From positions 26,107-90,106 of the forward strand of contig MFLE01000014.1 of assembly GCA_001781205.1 (NCBI GenBank): a DNA stretch of 64,000 nt, in the 5' to 3' direction. A model generated the notes under the pieces. The model saw only the letters and a program-made list of their open reading frames with translations. It did no database searches and had not been told where the DNA came from. Source of the DNA: Candidatus Kaiserbacteria bacterium RIFCSPHIGHO2_02_FULL_49_34 (GTDB lineage Bacteria > Patescibacteriota > Minisyncoccia > Phycocordibacterales > UBA918). Below, one piece after another: positions 54,464 to 63,665 of the stretch. The translations under genes were made by a program, and so were the position numbers. Each line of letters opens with the position of its first letter. Position 1 is the stretch's first letter.

Positions 54464-54562
54464 CCAACAGTATACGTCATTTTCAAAAAAACTATCTGTG
54501 GACTTCCCTCCCCGTTCGGGAAAATTTTGCAAAGTAAAAAGGCCATCCGTGGCCCTTTGTCG

Positions 54563-55006
54563 TCATGACGAAAATCTTTCTGCTACCGACAGGGGCGTCC
54601 CATCTGCACTCATAATAATAAGAAGGTGATTCTCTCCCCATTGATAATGTATAGCCCATCTACCAAGAGATTTTCCGCGACAGACCTTCCATCGATTGTA
54701 TTCCATTCCAGTCAGTTCAAGACGGAAGTAGGTAAAAGGGGCTTTATCGCTGGTTTTGCCTATTGCAAAAATGTTCGACTCATCGCTGTCTGACTCACGA
54801 AGCTTTGTCTCCACCTCCACATACGCCAGGTTCGCATGAACTTTTGTTTCGTGTAGTAAGTGCGCGGGCGACTCCGCAATACTTTCAAAATCAATCTCCT
54901 CATCTCCCACAAGAACCAAACGAATCATTGGTATGTCTACCGAGATATCCCCGAAGAGCACGGGGACAATTCTAACGCCAGCAGTGAAAGCAACTTGATG
55001 CGTCAT
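54563..55006 (-). CDS. Hypothetical protein in the pilus cluster
   Basis: GGAGG SD 7 nt upstream; terminator hairpin ggccacggatggcc downstream. Confidence 0.4.
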   Translation of the reverse strand: MTHQVAFTAGVRIVPVLFGDISVDIPMIRLVLVGDEEIDFESIAESPAHLLHETKVHANLAYVEVETKLRESDSDESNIFAIGKTSDKAPFTYFRLELTGMEYNRWKVCRGKSLGRWAIHYQWGENHLLIIMSADGTPLSVAERFSS

Positions 55007-55120
55007 GGTGCAGCCTCCAAGAACAAAGGAACATGCATTCCTTCCCAGAGTAACAATATATTGCTTATATTGTCAAGAGTAGTGCAGTCCAACAGTATCT
55101 ATCTTTTAAATGAGTGAGCG

Positions 55121-55879
55121 TTACACAGCAAGCGTTGCAGTATATGCAGCGATAGTTGCGCTGAAGAGAAGGGTTGCGATTGCGGCAGCGATAATGCCAG
55201 GAAGCATACGTGTCCGGGCTGCTGCGCCATGCCGAACATGCGCCCAAACTGCATACACAAGCGAAAGCACGAATGCAAGCGAAACAAAGGCAACCATATT
55301 GGGCCATCCAGCAAGAAAGGCAATACCGCTCACGAGGAGCACTTCTTCGCGTCCAACCGCAACAGGCTTCCGATGTTGCAAAAAACGAAAGATACCATAC
55401 AGTACAAGCGTACCAAGAAGCGCAAGCATGAGCGGCACCCAAAAGCGGCTATACGCATAGAAAACATAATACCCACCACTTCCTTCGAGAAAAAGGGAAA
55501 TCGGTGCATGGAGCAGCATCCGCGGCACCTCTTCACCCAGCGGCGTTGTCACGAGTTCACGAGTAATTTCGTTCGCGTTCCACATACGATACTGTGCCAC
55601 CGTAAGCACGGTTGCGTAAAAGATATGCCATCCAAGAGCAATACCCCACCACATCCGCATCGACATCACCGCAAACGCGCCGCGCCACAAAACAACCAGC
55701 GCCAAAAGTGCCGCAAGTGCGAGGGTAACGCCATACCCCAGCCAATGTGCCCACCCCATGAGCGCAACCGTAAGAGAATCCATACTCACCATCATACTGA
55801 AAAAGTGCGAAAGTACAAAAAACCCACAGCGTACTGTGGGTTGCATATATGAACTAGCGTGCCTTGGGACGACAGACAA
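55121..55879 (-). CDS. Polytopic membrane protein, possibly a divergent prepilin peptidase (A24-like)
   Basis: About 7 TM helices; VGREEVLLVSGIAFLAGW resembles the G-G-D-V-K-L...G-W motif, but Glu sits where the catalytic Asp is expected. Confidence 0.3.
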   Translation of the reverse strand: MSVVPRHASSYMQPTVRCGFFVLSHFFSMMVSMDSLTVALMGWAHWLGYGVTLALAALLALVVLWRGAFAVMSMRMWWGIALGWHIFYATVLTVAQYRMWNANEITRELVTTPLGEEVPRMLLHAPISLFLEGSGGYYVFYAYSRFWVPLMLALLGTLVLYGIFRFLQHRKPVAVGREEVLLVSGIAFLAGWPNMVAFVSLAFVLSLVYAVWAHVRHGAAARTRMLPGIIAAAIATLLFSATIAAYTATLAV

Positions 55880-56120
55880 ACGGTGTATTGTTTGCCGTTT
55901 TTCCTGAAACGCTGCCGTCGCTATTTTTAGTTACGGCGTAATCGCCGCCTTTTCTGAAGGATTTCAGATGCACGTACGCACGAGAACCGCCATTATAGCG
56001 AGCAGTTTTAAGACCTTTCGCTTCACAGACCCACTGCTGGTCAATGTTTTCCGCCATTGCTGGGGCAGTCGTCAGAAATGCAAGCATGACCACCAGTAGA
56101 GTGAGCCTATTCGACTTCAT
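55854..56120 (-). CDS. Small secreted hypothetical protein
   Basis: Signal peptide MKSNRLTLLVVMLAFLTTAPAMA. Confidence 0.35.
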   Translation of the reverse strand: MKSNRLTLLVVMLAFLTTAPAMAENIDQQWVCEAKGLKTARYNGGSRAYVHLKSFRKGGDYAVTKNSDGSVSGKTANNTPFVCRPKAR

Positions 56121-56294
56121 GGGATGTTACCTCGCGAGAATGTAAGGAACGTATCCAGAAAAACATACCACATATTACGAGAATGGCAATACCTCTCTCT
56201 CGAATGACAAAACATTGACATTCTTGTCCAACACGGTACTGTTACACGAACACTGTTCCCTTTCGTTCCTTGACTATACAAAGGAGTACTTGCC

Positions 56295-57011
56295 ATGAGA
56301 TTCTTCTCGAAACCTGGCGATTCACGTTATGCGTTAATTCTTCGCGCGCTGATCGTATGCACGACCTTCGTGTGCCTCATCACTCTTGCGTGGCGGTCAA
56401 CCCCCATTGTCAACGTGATCTACGCCGCAGACCGATACTACATCGCCTACGGCATTACGCTGTATTTTGCGATATTACTCGTTCGAACACTCCGCTACAT
56501 TATGTTCGTCGGAGGTGAACTCGAGCTTGTGAAAAAACACCTCGCCTATAAAGAACACAGCACCGCACAAGGCATACATGCCCCTGCACCCGCAGACTCG
56601 CTTGTACGTGAAGTGTACGATGCACTCAAGCGCCACGGCGGCAATCACAACCACGACGAGATTTTGGATATTGTATATGACACGCTCGACCGCAAGGTCG
56701 CGCACGTCGCACAACATGCAAAAACGCTGATACACCTTGGGTTTATCGGCACACTCGTCGGCATCATGATGGCACTCACCGAAGCGGATCTTACGTCGCT
56801 TTTCCAGCCAAACGCAAATGTTGGCGCGATACTCGACGCGGTTATCGGTGGCATGAAAGTAGCCATCGGCACCTCAATCGTCGGCATTGTTGCAAAAATC
56901 TGGATTGACCACCTCGGAATTATTCTTGAGGAAGGCAGCCATCATCTCGCCAACAATATTGTTAAAATGGAGCTCCTCGATGAAACGCAATCGGAATTCC
57001 CACTTTCGTAA
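56295..57011 (+). CDS. MotA/TolQ/ExbB-family proton channel protein
   Basis: LGFIGTLVGIMMAL...AIGTSIVGIVAKIW; SD aaaggag upstream. Confidence 0.6.
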   Translation: MRFFSKPGDSRYALILRALIVCTTFVCLITLAWRSTPIVNVIYAADRYYIAYGITLYFAILLVRTLRYIMFVGGELELVKKHLAYKEHSTAQGIHAPAPADSLVREVYDALKRHGGNHNHDEILDIVYDTLDRKVAHVAQHAKTLIHLGFIGTLVGIMMALTEADLTSLFQPNANVGAILDAVIGGMKVAIGTSIVGIVAKIWIDHLGIILEEGSHHLANNIVKMELLDETQSEFPLS

Positions 57012-57603
57012 CGACGACGCCTTGGGTGTTGCCCTCGGCGACCTCACCATGAACCCGCTCATGATTTTCTTCTTTCTCTTTGTGCTCATGGCCGCACTCT
57101 TGGTCCCGCGCGCAAAGCTGAACGACGATACTGAGCCACCACCACAGCTTGGGAAGCTCCACGTCGAAATCGAATGGCCTCCAGGCAATACCGATATCGA
57201 TCTGTGGATTCTTCCGCCGGGCGCAGCAAAACCTGTCGGTTTTTCAAATCGTGGCGGGCCTGCCTGCGACCTTTTACGTGATGATCTCGGCACGGCCAAT
57301 GACCCCATGCCGAGCAATCGCGAAAGCATTATGTGTCGAGCAGCACCCGCTGGTGAGTACACCATAACTGCGTACTATTACGCGAGCTCTATATTGGAGG
57401 GACCTGTTCCTATTTCCGTAATCGCCATTATCTCTCTCTGGAACGATAGATTGAACCGCTACGAACGTGTACATACTACAACCGTCGAGCTCGCAAAGCC
57501 GAAGGAGTATGCAACCATTGCATCATTCCTGATGCAAGATGACGGCACAATCGATACCGGCTCGTTTAATACCATTGAACGCAACATCTTCGAAAAGAGG
57601 TAG
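56980..57603 (+). CDS. ExbD/TolR-like protein
   Basis: Short cytoplasmic N-terminus, TM NPLMIFFFLFVLMAALLV, then a periplasmic domain; overlaps the previous gene by 32 nt. Confidence 0.45.
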   Translation: MKRNRNSHFRNDDALGVALGDLTMNPLMIFFFLFVLMAALLVPRAKLNDDTEPPPQLGKLHVEIEWPPGNTDIDLWILPPGAAKPVGFSNRGGPACDLLRDDLGTANDPMPSNRESIMCRAAPAGEYTITAYYYASSILEGPVPISVIAIISLWNDRLNRYERVHTTTVELAKPKEYATIASFLMQDDGTIDTGSFNTIERNIFEKR

Positions 57604-57606
57604 CCT

Positions 57607-58170
57607 ATGAACTGGCTCGATATGTTGATGTGGGAGAATGTACTGACCATGCCGTTTACCGGTATGCGACTGACACTCTTCCTGGTGATACTGGCAATAC
57701 TCTTGCTGATGTGCACGAAAATTGCCATCTCTCGACTGCCGCTTTCGACGCGAACGCTCTTCTATATTGGCACGATTGCACTCATCCCGCTCGTGTTCGT
57801 TACAGAGCTCTCGCTCCTCTCGCGACCAGGAACCATTCAACCTTCCCGTTTGCGCGATGGATCACTGTGCCTCACTGTGCTTTCTGCAACCATTAAGTAC
57901 GGCAAAGGCGTCTACTTGCTCATTGAGGAGCCGAAACAGGAACCTCGCTACATACATGTCGTCTGGGAAGTACGCTTCGCACAAGCGATGAGTCGCGCAC
58001 TGCAAGCAAAAGGCATGAGTAAGCAGGCTATTCTACTTGGGGATGCAGCTTGTGCCGCACAGAGAGGAGCCAATGTTTCACACGGCGGCGCGAATGGTAG
58101 TAGCGAAGGTGTTCTGGTTGTTGATAACTTCCCTGCACCCTACCCCGACAAAGTTGATCTTGAAGAATAA
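57607..58170 (+). CDS. Hypothetical membrane protein
   Basis: Three N-terminal TM helices. Confidence 0.4.
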   Translation: MNWLDMLMWENVLTMPFTGMRLTLFLVILAILLLMCTKIAISRLPLSTRTLFYIGTIALIPLVFVTELSLLSRPGTIQPSRLRDGSLCLTVLSATIKYGKGVYLLIEEPKQEPRYIHVVWEVRFAQAMSRALQAKGMSKQAILLGDAACAAQRGANVSHGGANGSSEGVLVVDNFPAPYPDKVDLEE

Positions 58171-58225
58171 GAAAAGCCCTTACCAATATTCGGTAAGGGC
58201 GATTTTTTTGCGCAGAGTGCATGCG

Positions 58226-59053
58226 CTATTCTATGAAAGAACGAATCTGTTTGGCTGACGCCGCACAGGTGATATTGAGGAACAAGGCTGCTGAATGCCC
58301 CTCGCCGAGTGTCCTTACGGTCGACGTAATACCGACAACCGCACCTGTCCCGACATCAAGTAGTGCCCCACCTGAATTGCCCGGTGCAACGGCAAGTGTG
58401 GCGCGAATCTTCCCACCTTTGCACACCTCATCATTATCGACAGCGTTCGACACAATCCCGAGAACTGCCATGTTTGCACTACCAAGCGGTATCCCGTTGA
58501 CAAGCACTTCACGACCTTCGAGCTTTGCATCAAACGATACATCTATCACAGGCACTAGGGTGAAGCGTTCGTCTTTCTCCTTTGGAATGATGCGTAAATG
58601 GGCAAGGTCGTCTTCTGCATCGAGCTTCAAGAGCTTCGCTCGGTACACCTGCGTGTGTCCAGTCATTACGACTGCGCAGTACACTTCTTCTATGGTGATT
58701 TGCTCCTCAGGCATACACATACCTCGCACCACATGCTCGGCAGTCAACATGTCACCCTCAGGCGAAATAACCACACCCGTACCAAAGCTTCTCCCATCAC
58801 GAAATGCGTCGGGAGTTGTCGGATCATCATAGAGCCGTTTGTCAGGTATATCTGCATAGACAAAGACCGTCGCCGCACGCAGCTCGCGCAAACGTTCAGC
58901 ACGCTCTTCATTGAGTTGTGCGAGAAGTGGTGTTGGCAGCACGTATGCCGTCATTGGTTTTTGTTGCACGATATAGGCGAGAGCAGCGATAAGCAGTGCG
59001 GTTATGCCAACACCGTACACAGCTGGCCATACCCATTTTTTGAGAGAGCTCAT
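58226..59053 (-). CDS. Trypsin-like serine protease (S1 family, membrane-anchored)
   Basis: TAEHVV (His), DLAHLRI (Asp), GNSGGAL (Ser). Confidence 0.75.
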   Translation of the reverse strand: MSSLKKWVWPAVYGVGITALLIAALAYIVQQKPMTAYVLPTPLLAQLNEERAERLRELRAATVFVYADIPDKRLYDDPTTPDAFRDGRSFGTGVVISPEGDMLTAEHVVRGMCMPEEQITIEEVYCAVVMTGHTQVYRAKLLKLDAEDDLAHLRIIPKEKDERFTLVPVIDVSFDAKLEGREVLVNGIPLGSANMAVLGIVSNAVDNDEVCKGGKIRATLAVAPGNSGGALLDVGTGAVVGITSTVRTLGEGHSAALFLNITCAASAKQIRSFIE

Positions 59054-59134
59054 GGTAAACCCCTTCTAATGAACAATGTTATCGATAACACTACTACGTC
59101 CGCCCTCATTGTCAACATGAAAATACGTTAGAAG

Positions 59135-59329
59135 CTGTCTAAAGTCACACGCCGAGCTAAAAGCTTCAGATTTTAAGGCAAATAACACGCTGGAGGAGGA
59201 GGCGAACCTTTGTTCGGTGACGACGAAGTGTGTTATTTGACCAAAATATGGAGGTTTTAGACGGCGAGTTTTCTCTTGTCTACTGATATCCTTATTTTAC
59301 AACACTACATACGGTGAGACTTTAGACAG
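59135..59329. promoter_or_regulatory. Divergent promoter region with a symmetric GACTTTAGACAG element and a nested hairpin
   Basis: ctgtctaaagtc (59135-59146) and gactttagacag (59318-59329) are a perfect 12-bp IR. The right copy overlaps the -35 (TAGACA, 16 nt, TATACT, 7 nt, ATG) of the SET gene. There is an internal 10-bp stem caaataacac (59179-59188) / gtgttatttg (59230-59239). Confidence 0.5.
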
Positions 59330-59351
59330 TTTCTTATGCTGTGGTATACTC

Positions 59352-59783
59352 GTGCGCATGAAGCAGAGCGAAACTCATACTGAAGTTCCCGCACCTACAC
59401 GCGTCGGTCGCGGCTCGTCGGGGCTAGGGCTTTTTGCAGAAACGTCAATTGCAAAGGGCGGTTTCATTATTGAATATACGGGCGAGCGCATTACCGTCGA
59501 TGAGGCCGATATGCGTGGCGGACAGTACCTTTTTCAGGTCACGGACACTCTCACCATTGATGGTCGTGACCGCTCTAATAAGGCCCGCTACATCAACCAC
59601 TCCTGCAAACCAAACGCCGAAGCCGAACATCTCGAAGACGGTGACCGTATCTTCATCCGCGCCAAAAAGTCCATCAAACCCGGCGAAGAAATCACCTACC
59701 ACTACGGCAAAGAATTCTTCGAAACCTACATCAAACCCAAAGGCTGCCGCTGCATAAAATGCGCCACACCCGGAAAGATATAG
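59352..59783 (+). CDS. SET-domain protein (lysine methyltransferase-like)
   Basis: RYINHSCKPN and GEEITYHYG SET motifs; C-terminal Cys cluster CRCIKC (post-SET-like). Confidence 0.8.
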   Translation: MRMKQSETHTEVPAPTRVGRGSSGLGLFAETSIAKGGFIIEYTGERITVDEADMRGGQYLFQVTDTLTIDGRDRSNKARYINHSCKPNAEAEHLEDGDRIFIRAKKSIKPGEEITYHYGKEFFETYIKPKGCRCIKCATPGKI

Positions 59784-59786
59784 AAA

Positions 59787-59812
59787 AACGACCTTTAAAG
59801 GTCGTTTTGTGT
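59787..59812. terminator. Bidirectional terminator
   Basis: aaaaacgacctttaaaggtcgtttt. Confidence 0.75.
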
Positions 59813-59813
59813 T

Positions 59814-60161
59814 TCAGGCAATGCAAATATTTTTACATTCTGCTTCGTAGAGAGGAGCAAGGGATTCCATGGCTTTGACTACCTTTTTGAATTCTTTGCC
59901 CTTCTTGGTGAGTGAGTATTCGACGCGTGGCGGAAGTTCGGCAAATACGACACGTTCGATGAGTCCTTCGAGCGCAGCGCGGTCGAGTTTTTGTGAGAGC
60001 GTCCGGCTTGAGATGCCGGAAAGTTCTTTATGAAGCTCAGAAAATCGCTTCGTGCCCTCAAGAAGCGCACGAATAATAAGGATGAGCCAAAAATCCCCCG
60101 CGACACGTGCAACACGTGACGTAGGACAATCAATACACACTGCAGGCATTTTTTCTTGCAT
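59814..60161 (-). CDS. HxlR-family winged-helix transcriptional regulator
   Basis: CPTSRVARVAGDFWLILIIRAL...FSELHKELSGISSRTLSQKL...RVEYSLTKKG. Confidence 0.8.
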   Translation of the reverse strand: MQEKMPAVCIDCPTSRVARVAGDFWLILIIRALLEGTKRFSELHKELSGISSRTLSQKLDRAALEGLIERVVFAELPPRVEYSLTKKGKEFKKVVKAMESLAPLYEAECKNICIA

Positions 60162-60181
60162 ATGCAGAAGCCTAGCACACT

Positions 60182-60466
60182 TTACAAAGGAAAGGAATAG
60201 ATATTTTTAGCCATATCGGTACCTTTGCTTCTTGCAGAGAGACCTTTTTTGGAGTATAACGAACCTGCACCATCAACCATTGGAGATTGTGTATGTACAG
60301 CAGCAGATATCCTCTTGCATGCTTCATGCAGATAGCTCGTCACACCCGTGAAAAACGAATGGCGGTAAATACCCGCAAACGCAAGCGTCAAAGCATAGCA
60401 ACGCGCGAGCGGTATCAGCGGCGACGCGCCGCACATCGATAAACCTTCCTGTTCTTGCTCCTTCAT
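60182..60466 (-). CDS. Hypothetical protein (94 aa)
   Basis: ORF only; 20 nt downstream of the HxlR gene. Confidence 0.25.
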   Translation of the reverse strand: MKEQEQEGLSMCGASPLIPLARCYALTLAFAGIYRHSFFTGVTSYLHEACKRISAAVHTQSPMVDGAGSLYSKKGLSARSKGTDMAKNIYSFPL

Positions 60467-60518
60467 ACACCGCTGCGCACACGCGTAGCGGTTTTACTTT
60501 GCAGCACACACAAAAAAA

Positions 60519-60549
60519 TGCGACACCCGTAGGTGTCGCTTTTAAGAAA
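60519..60549. terminator. Bidirectional terminator after spoVR
   Basis: aaaaaaatgcgacacccgtaggtgtcgctttt. Confidence 0.7.
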
Positions 60550-60560
60550 GAACTGATATG

Positions 60561-62141
60561 TCAGCGTTTAAAGAACTCAACGCGATCGACGCGTGCGAGG
60601 AGGCTCGTTGTGCCATCGCCATGATTCATGACAAGCTCAACGGGACACGTCCACAAATACGCGAGGAAGTACGTTGTCGAGTACGCCTCATCCGGCTCGA
60701 GTTGGCGTCCGCTGTGAGGCTGATACTCAACCCGAAGCGTTCGGTCACCCGTCACGTCAACCTCCGTCGCAACGATAACCGCCTCACGATGTGAGAGGCT
60801 GTACTGCTGCGAAAGATTCTCTCGGACAGTATGATAGCCGTCTTCGTCGTGAATTGCTTGCACGAGCGTATGATCAACTCCCTCCTTATTCAAGGTTGAG
60901 AACAGTTTCATGTCGCGCATGACTTTCGGCGAGAGGAATTGCGCAACAAACGAGTCGTCGCGGTAGTTCCGCATCGCCTCGTCGAGCACCTCACGCCAAT
61001 CCTTGCCGACAAGCTTCGGGAACCACTCGGCATCTTCGCGTTGTTGCGTAGCAGTGTCCTTATGGAACGTGCCGCCACGCCACACCCCTCCTTCAGCAAT
61101 GCGCCGAATATCGGTATACATCGACAGCCCGAGGTAGTACGGATTGATACCGCTGTAGTACGGATGGTTGTACGGCAATTGCCGCACGACCCCTGCATGT
61201 GACTTCAAAAACTCGAACATGAAGGGGTCGCCAACAACACCCGTGTCGTACAAACGCTGGAGAATCGTGTAGTGCCAGAACGTTGCCCAGCCTTCATTCA
61301 TCACCTGCGTCTGCCGTTGTGGCCAGAAATACTGTGCCACTTCGCGAACGATACGGATAATCTCCCGCTCCCATGCCTCCAAGAACGGCGCCTTTTCTTC
61401 GCAGAACTTCAGGATATTTTCCTGCGGTTCGTCGATGATGTTTTTGTTGCGTGATTCAACGGAGATATGCGAGTGATACCCGGGAATCGTATGCGCCCAC
61501 AAGTCGTTCACCTGTGATTGCCGATACTCTTCTCGTTCTTTGCGTGCCTCCTCTTTTTCGCGTTTTGTCTTCTCATGGGGGCGCTTCACCCGATCGACAC
61601 CATGCATCATAAGTGCATGGCACGCATCGAGCAGCCGCTCAACACGTTCGACCGTGTACTTCGTCTCACACTCCTTAATGTAGGCGCGCGCCGCAACCAG
61701 AAAGTCCACAATAATGCTCGGCTCTGTCCACATTTGGAACAGATAGTTGCCTTTGAAAAAGCTGTTGTGGCCATAGCACGCGTGTGCGATAACCAGGGCC
61801 TGCATCGTATTACTGTTTTGCTCCATGAGATACCCGATGCACGGGTCAGTGTTGATAACAATCTCGTACGCGAGCCCTTGTTGTCCGCGCTTGTATTGCT
61901 CGGACTCATGCACGAACTGCTGACCGCGCGACCAATGGTCGGCGTAGTCGACAGGGAGCCCGACCGATGAATACCGGTCGAGCATCTGTGCACTCGTGAT
62001 GTACTCGATTTGGATGGGATAGATGTCGAGCGCAAACTCGCCGCGTGCGACATGATCGATTGCCGCATGGTGACGCTCGACAGATTCGAACGTCCACTCA
62101 TGCGTATACGGCAACAGTGCATTCTGCTTGTAGCCACTCAT
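60561..62141 (-). CDS. SpoVR/YcgB-family protein
   Basis: Long conserved SpoVR-like sequence (…AHACYGHNSFFKGN…NEGWATFWHY…). Confidence 0.8.
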   Translation of the reverse strand: MSGYKQNALLPYTHEWTFESVERHHAAIDHVARGEFALDIYPIQIEYITSAQMLDRYSSVGLPVDYADHWSRGQQFVHESEQYKRGQQGLAYEIVINTDPCIGYLMEQNSNTMQALVIAHACYGHNSFFKGNYLFQMWTEPSIIVDFLVAARAYIKECETKYTVERVERLLDACHALMMHGVDRVKRPHEKTKREKEEARKEREEYRQSQVNDLWAHTIPGYHSHISVESRNKNIIDEPQENILKFCEEKAPFLEAWEREIIRIVREVAQYFWPQRQTQVMNEGWATFWHYTILQRLYDTGVVGDPFMFEFLKSHAGVVRQLPYNHPYYSGINPYYLGLSMYTDIRRIAEGGVWRGGTFHKDTATQQREDAEWFPKLVGKDWREVLDEAMRNYRDDSFVAQFLSPKVMRDMKLFSTLNKEGVDHTLVQAIHDEDGYHTVRENLSQQYSLSHREAVIVATEVDVTGDRTLRVEYQPHSGRQLEPDEAYSTTYFLAYLWTCPVELVMNHGDGTTSLLARVDRVEFFKR

Positions 62142-62165
62142 GATGTCTCTCCTTCGTGAACGTAA

Positions 62166-63464
62166 TTACTTCTCAATAAGATTGTGACGTTTGAAAAGCG
62201 AACGGAATGCCGGATAGATATCCGGGTAATCCATCACGCGTGCCATGCCAAACATTTCAGAATGATCATACTGCAAGTCAACGTACGACGCCCACAGATC
62301 CTGCGGGTTCTCCGCGATTTCAATGTACGCGAAGTACTGCAGGAGCGGCAGGAGCTCTTCTTCCATGATTTGCTCGCATACCTCCGTGTCGTCATTCCAG
62401 TTGTCACCGTCAGACGCTTGGCACACATACGCATTCCATGCATCGCCGGCATACTCTGCCTGAATAATTTCAGACACCAGCTCGAGCCCCGACGACACAA
62501 TCGTGCCGCCCGTTTCCTTCGAGTAGAAGAACTCATGCTCATCGCAGCGAACTGCTCTGGTATGATGGCGAATGAATTCAATCTTCACCGCATCCTTACC
62601 ATACGCACGCCGCAGAAAGAGATAGAGCAGAATATAGAACCGCTTCGCGATTTCTTTATCCTTCTCCGTCATCGAGCCTGAAACGTCCATAAGGCAGAAC
62701 ATCACCGCCTTCGCCGAAGGTTTCGGCACATCAATCAGTGACTTAAAACGCAAGTCAACCGTATCGAGCGCCACGGGATGCCGACTTTTAAGCTTCTCAA
62801 GCTTCTCGGCAAGTTCGCGTGCACGTGGATGCAATGCGCCGTGTGCGGCGATAACGTCAGCGAGCTCACGCTCACATTCGGCAATCGCCTCGTTCAGCAC
62901 GCCGCGCGCCGCGACTTTCCGCATAATGCTCTGCTTTTTGGTACGGAACACATGCAGCGCCGACGGATTACCGCTTGTTGCGACACCGCCACGGCGCTTC
63001 AGGGTTTCATGCACCAGGTCGATGTTCATCTTCGTAAGGTTCGGCAGTTCGAGATCTTCAAAGAAGATATCGAGTACCTCGTCCTCGCTCAGATGCATGA
63101 AGACAAAATCGTCTTCACCTCCACCGTCTTTACTTGCCTTTTTGCCACCTTTGCCGCCACCTTGCTTCGGATGTGGCACTTTGTCACCAGCATGCCACTT
63201 GTCGTTGCCGGGATGCACACCTTTGTGTGTACCGCCAACAGGGCGATAGTGCGGCTGCTGGAGGTCACGTTTCGGAATCTTTACATCTAAACCATCAGCA
63301 AAATCCTTAATATCACGTTTCTGTACTGAGTCGCTCACCTGCTCGCGCAGATAGTCCTTCATACGCCTGCTGAAACGTTCACGTAGAATCGGGCCGCGAG
63401 AATTATGTTCACCGCGACGGTCGATATACGTACCGTTTTGAGCACTGAATAATTTCTTATCCAT
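62166..63464 (-). CDS. YeaH/YhbH (DUF444, vWA-like) family protein
   Basis: …FCLMDVSGSMTE… MIDAS-like motif; start set to ATG 63464 preceded by aaggaga. The track ORF runs to 63665. Confidence 0.8.
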   Translation of the reverse strand: MDKKLFSAQNGTYIDRRGEHNSRGPILRERFSRRMKDYLREQVSDSVQKRDIKDFADGLDVKIPKRDLQQPHYRPVGGTHKGVHPGNDKWHAGDKVPHPKQGGGKGGKKASKDGGGEDDFVFMHLSEDEVLDIFFEDLELPNLTKMNIDLVHETLKRRGGVATSGNPSALHVFRTKKQSIMRKVAARGVLNEAIAECERELADVIAAHGALHPRARELAEKLEKLKSRHPVALDTVDLRFKSLIDVPKPSAKAVMFCLMDVSGSMTEKDKEIAKRFYILLYLFLRRAYGKDAVKIEFIRHHTRAVRCDEHEFFYSKETGGTIVSSGLELVSEIIQAEYAGDAWNAYVCQASDGDNWNDDTEVCEQIMEEELLPLLQYFAYIEIAENPQDLWASYVDLQYDHSEMFGMARVMDYPDIYPAFRSLFKRHNLIEK

Positions 63465-63489
63465 TATGATTCTCCTTGCAATGTAATTC

Positions 63490-63610
63490 CTCGTTCTAAA
63501 CTGAGTGCAGTTGCGTTGGATGGAAGACATTTTTAACTGTAGGCGTACCCAATGTACGACGGAAGTTAAAAATGTCTGAAGCCAATGCAAATGCGCCAGT
63601 TTTGGGCGAG
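63490..63610. repeat. MITE-like repeat, family 2, copy 3
   Basis: Conserved left end ctaaactGAGTGCAGTTGcgTTGGatGGA; core ggcGTACCcaatGTACgacgg flanked by the complementary 14-bp arms agacatttttaact / agttaaaaatgtct; right end gccagttttgggcgag. Confidence 0.75.
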
Positions 63611-63612
63611 GC

Positions 63613-63647
63613 TCAAAGAAAAGAGGGGTGCCGCTGTGGCACCCCTC
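63613..63647 (-). terminator. Terminator after prkA
   Basis: aggggtgccgctgtggcacccct hairpin followed, on the minus strand, by cttttctttg. Confidence 0.6.
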
Positions 63648-63665
63648 AGGTTTACGAACAGGCAA

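Noticed and set aside
55121-55879. Confident call of a prepilin peptidase (PilD)
   Set aside because: Only a loose match to the GGGDVKL…GW motif, with Glu in place of the catalytic Asp and no clear first Asp motif. It is listed only as a low-confidence A24-like membrane protein.
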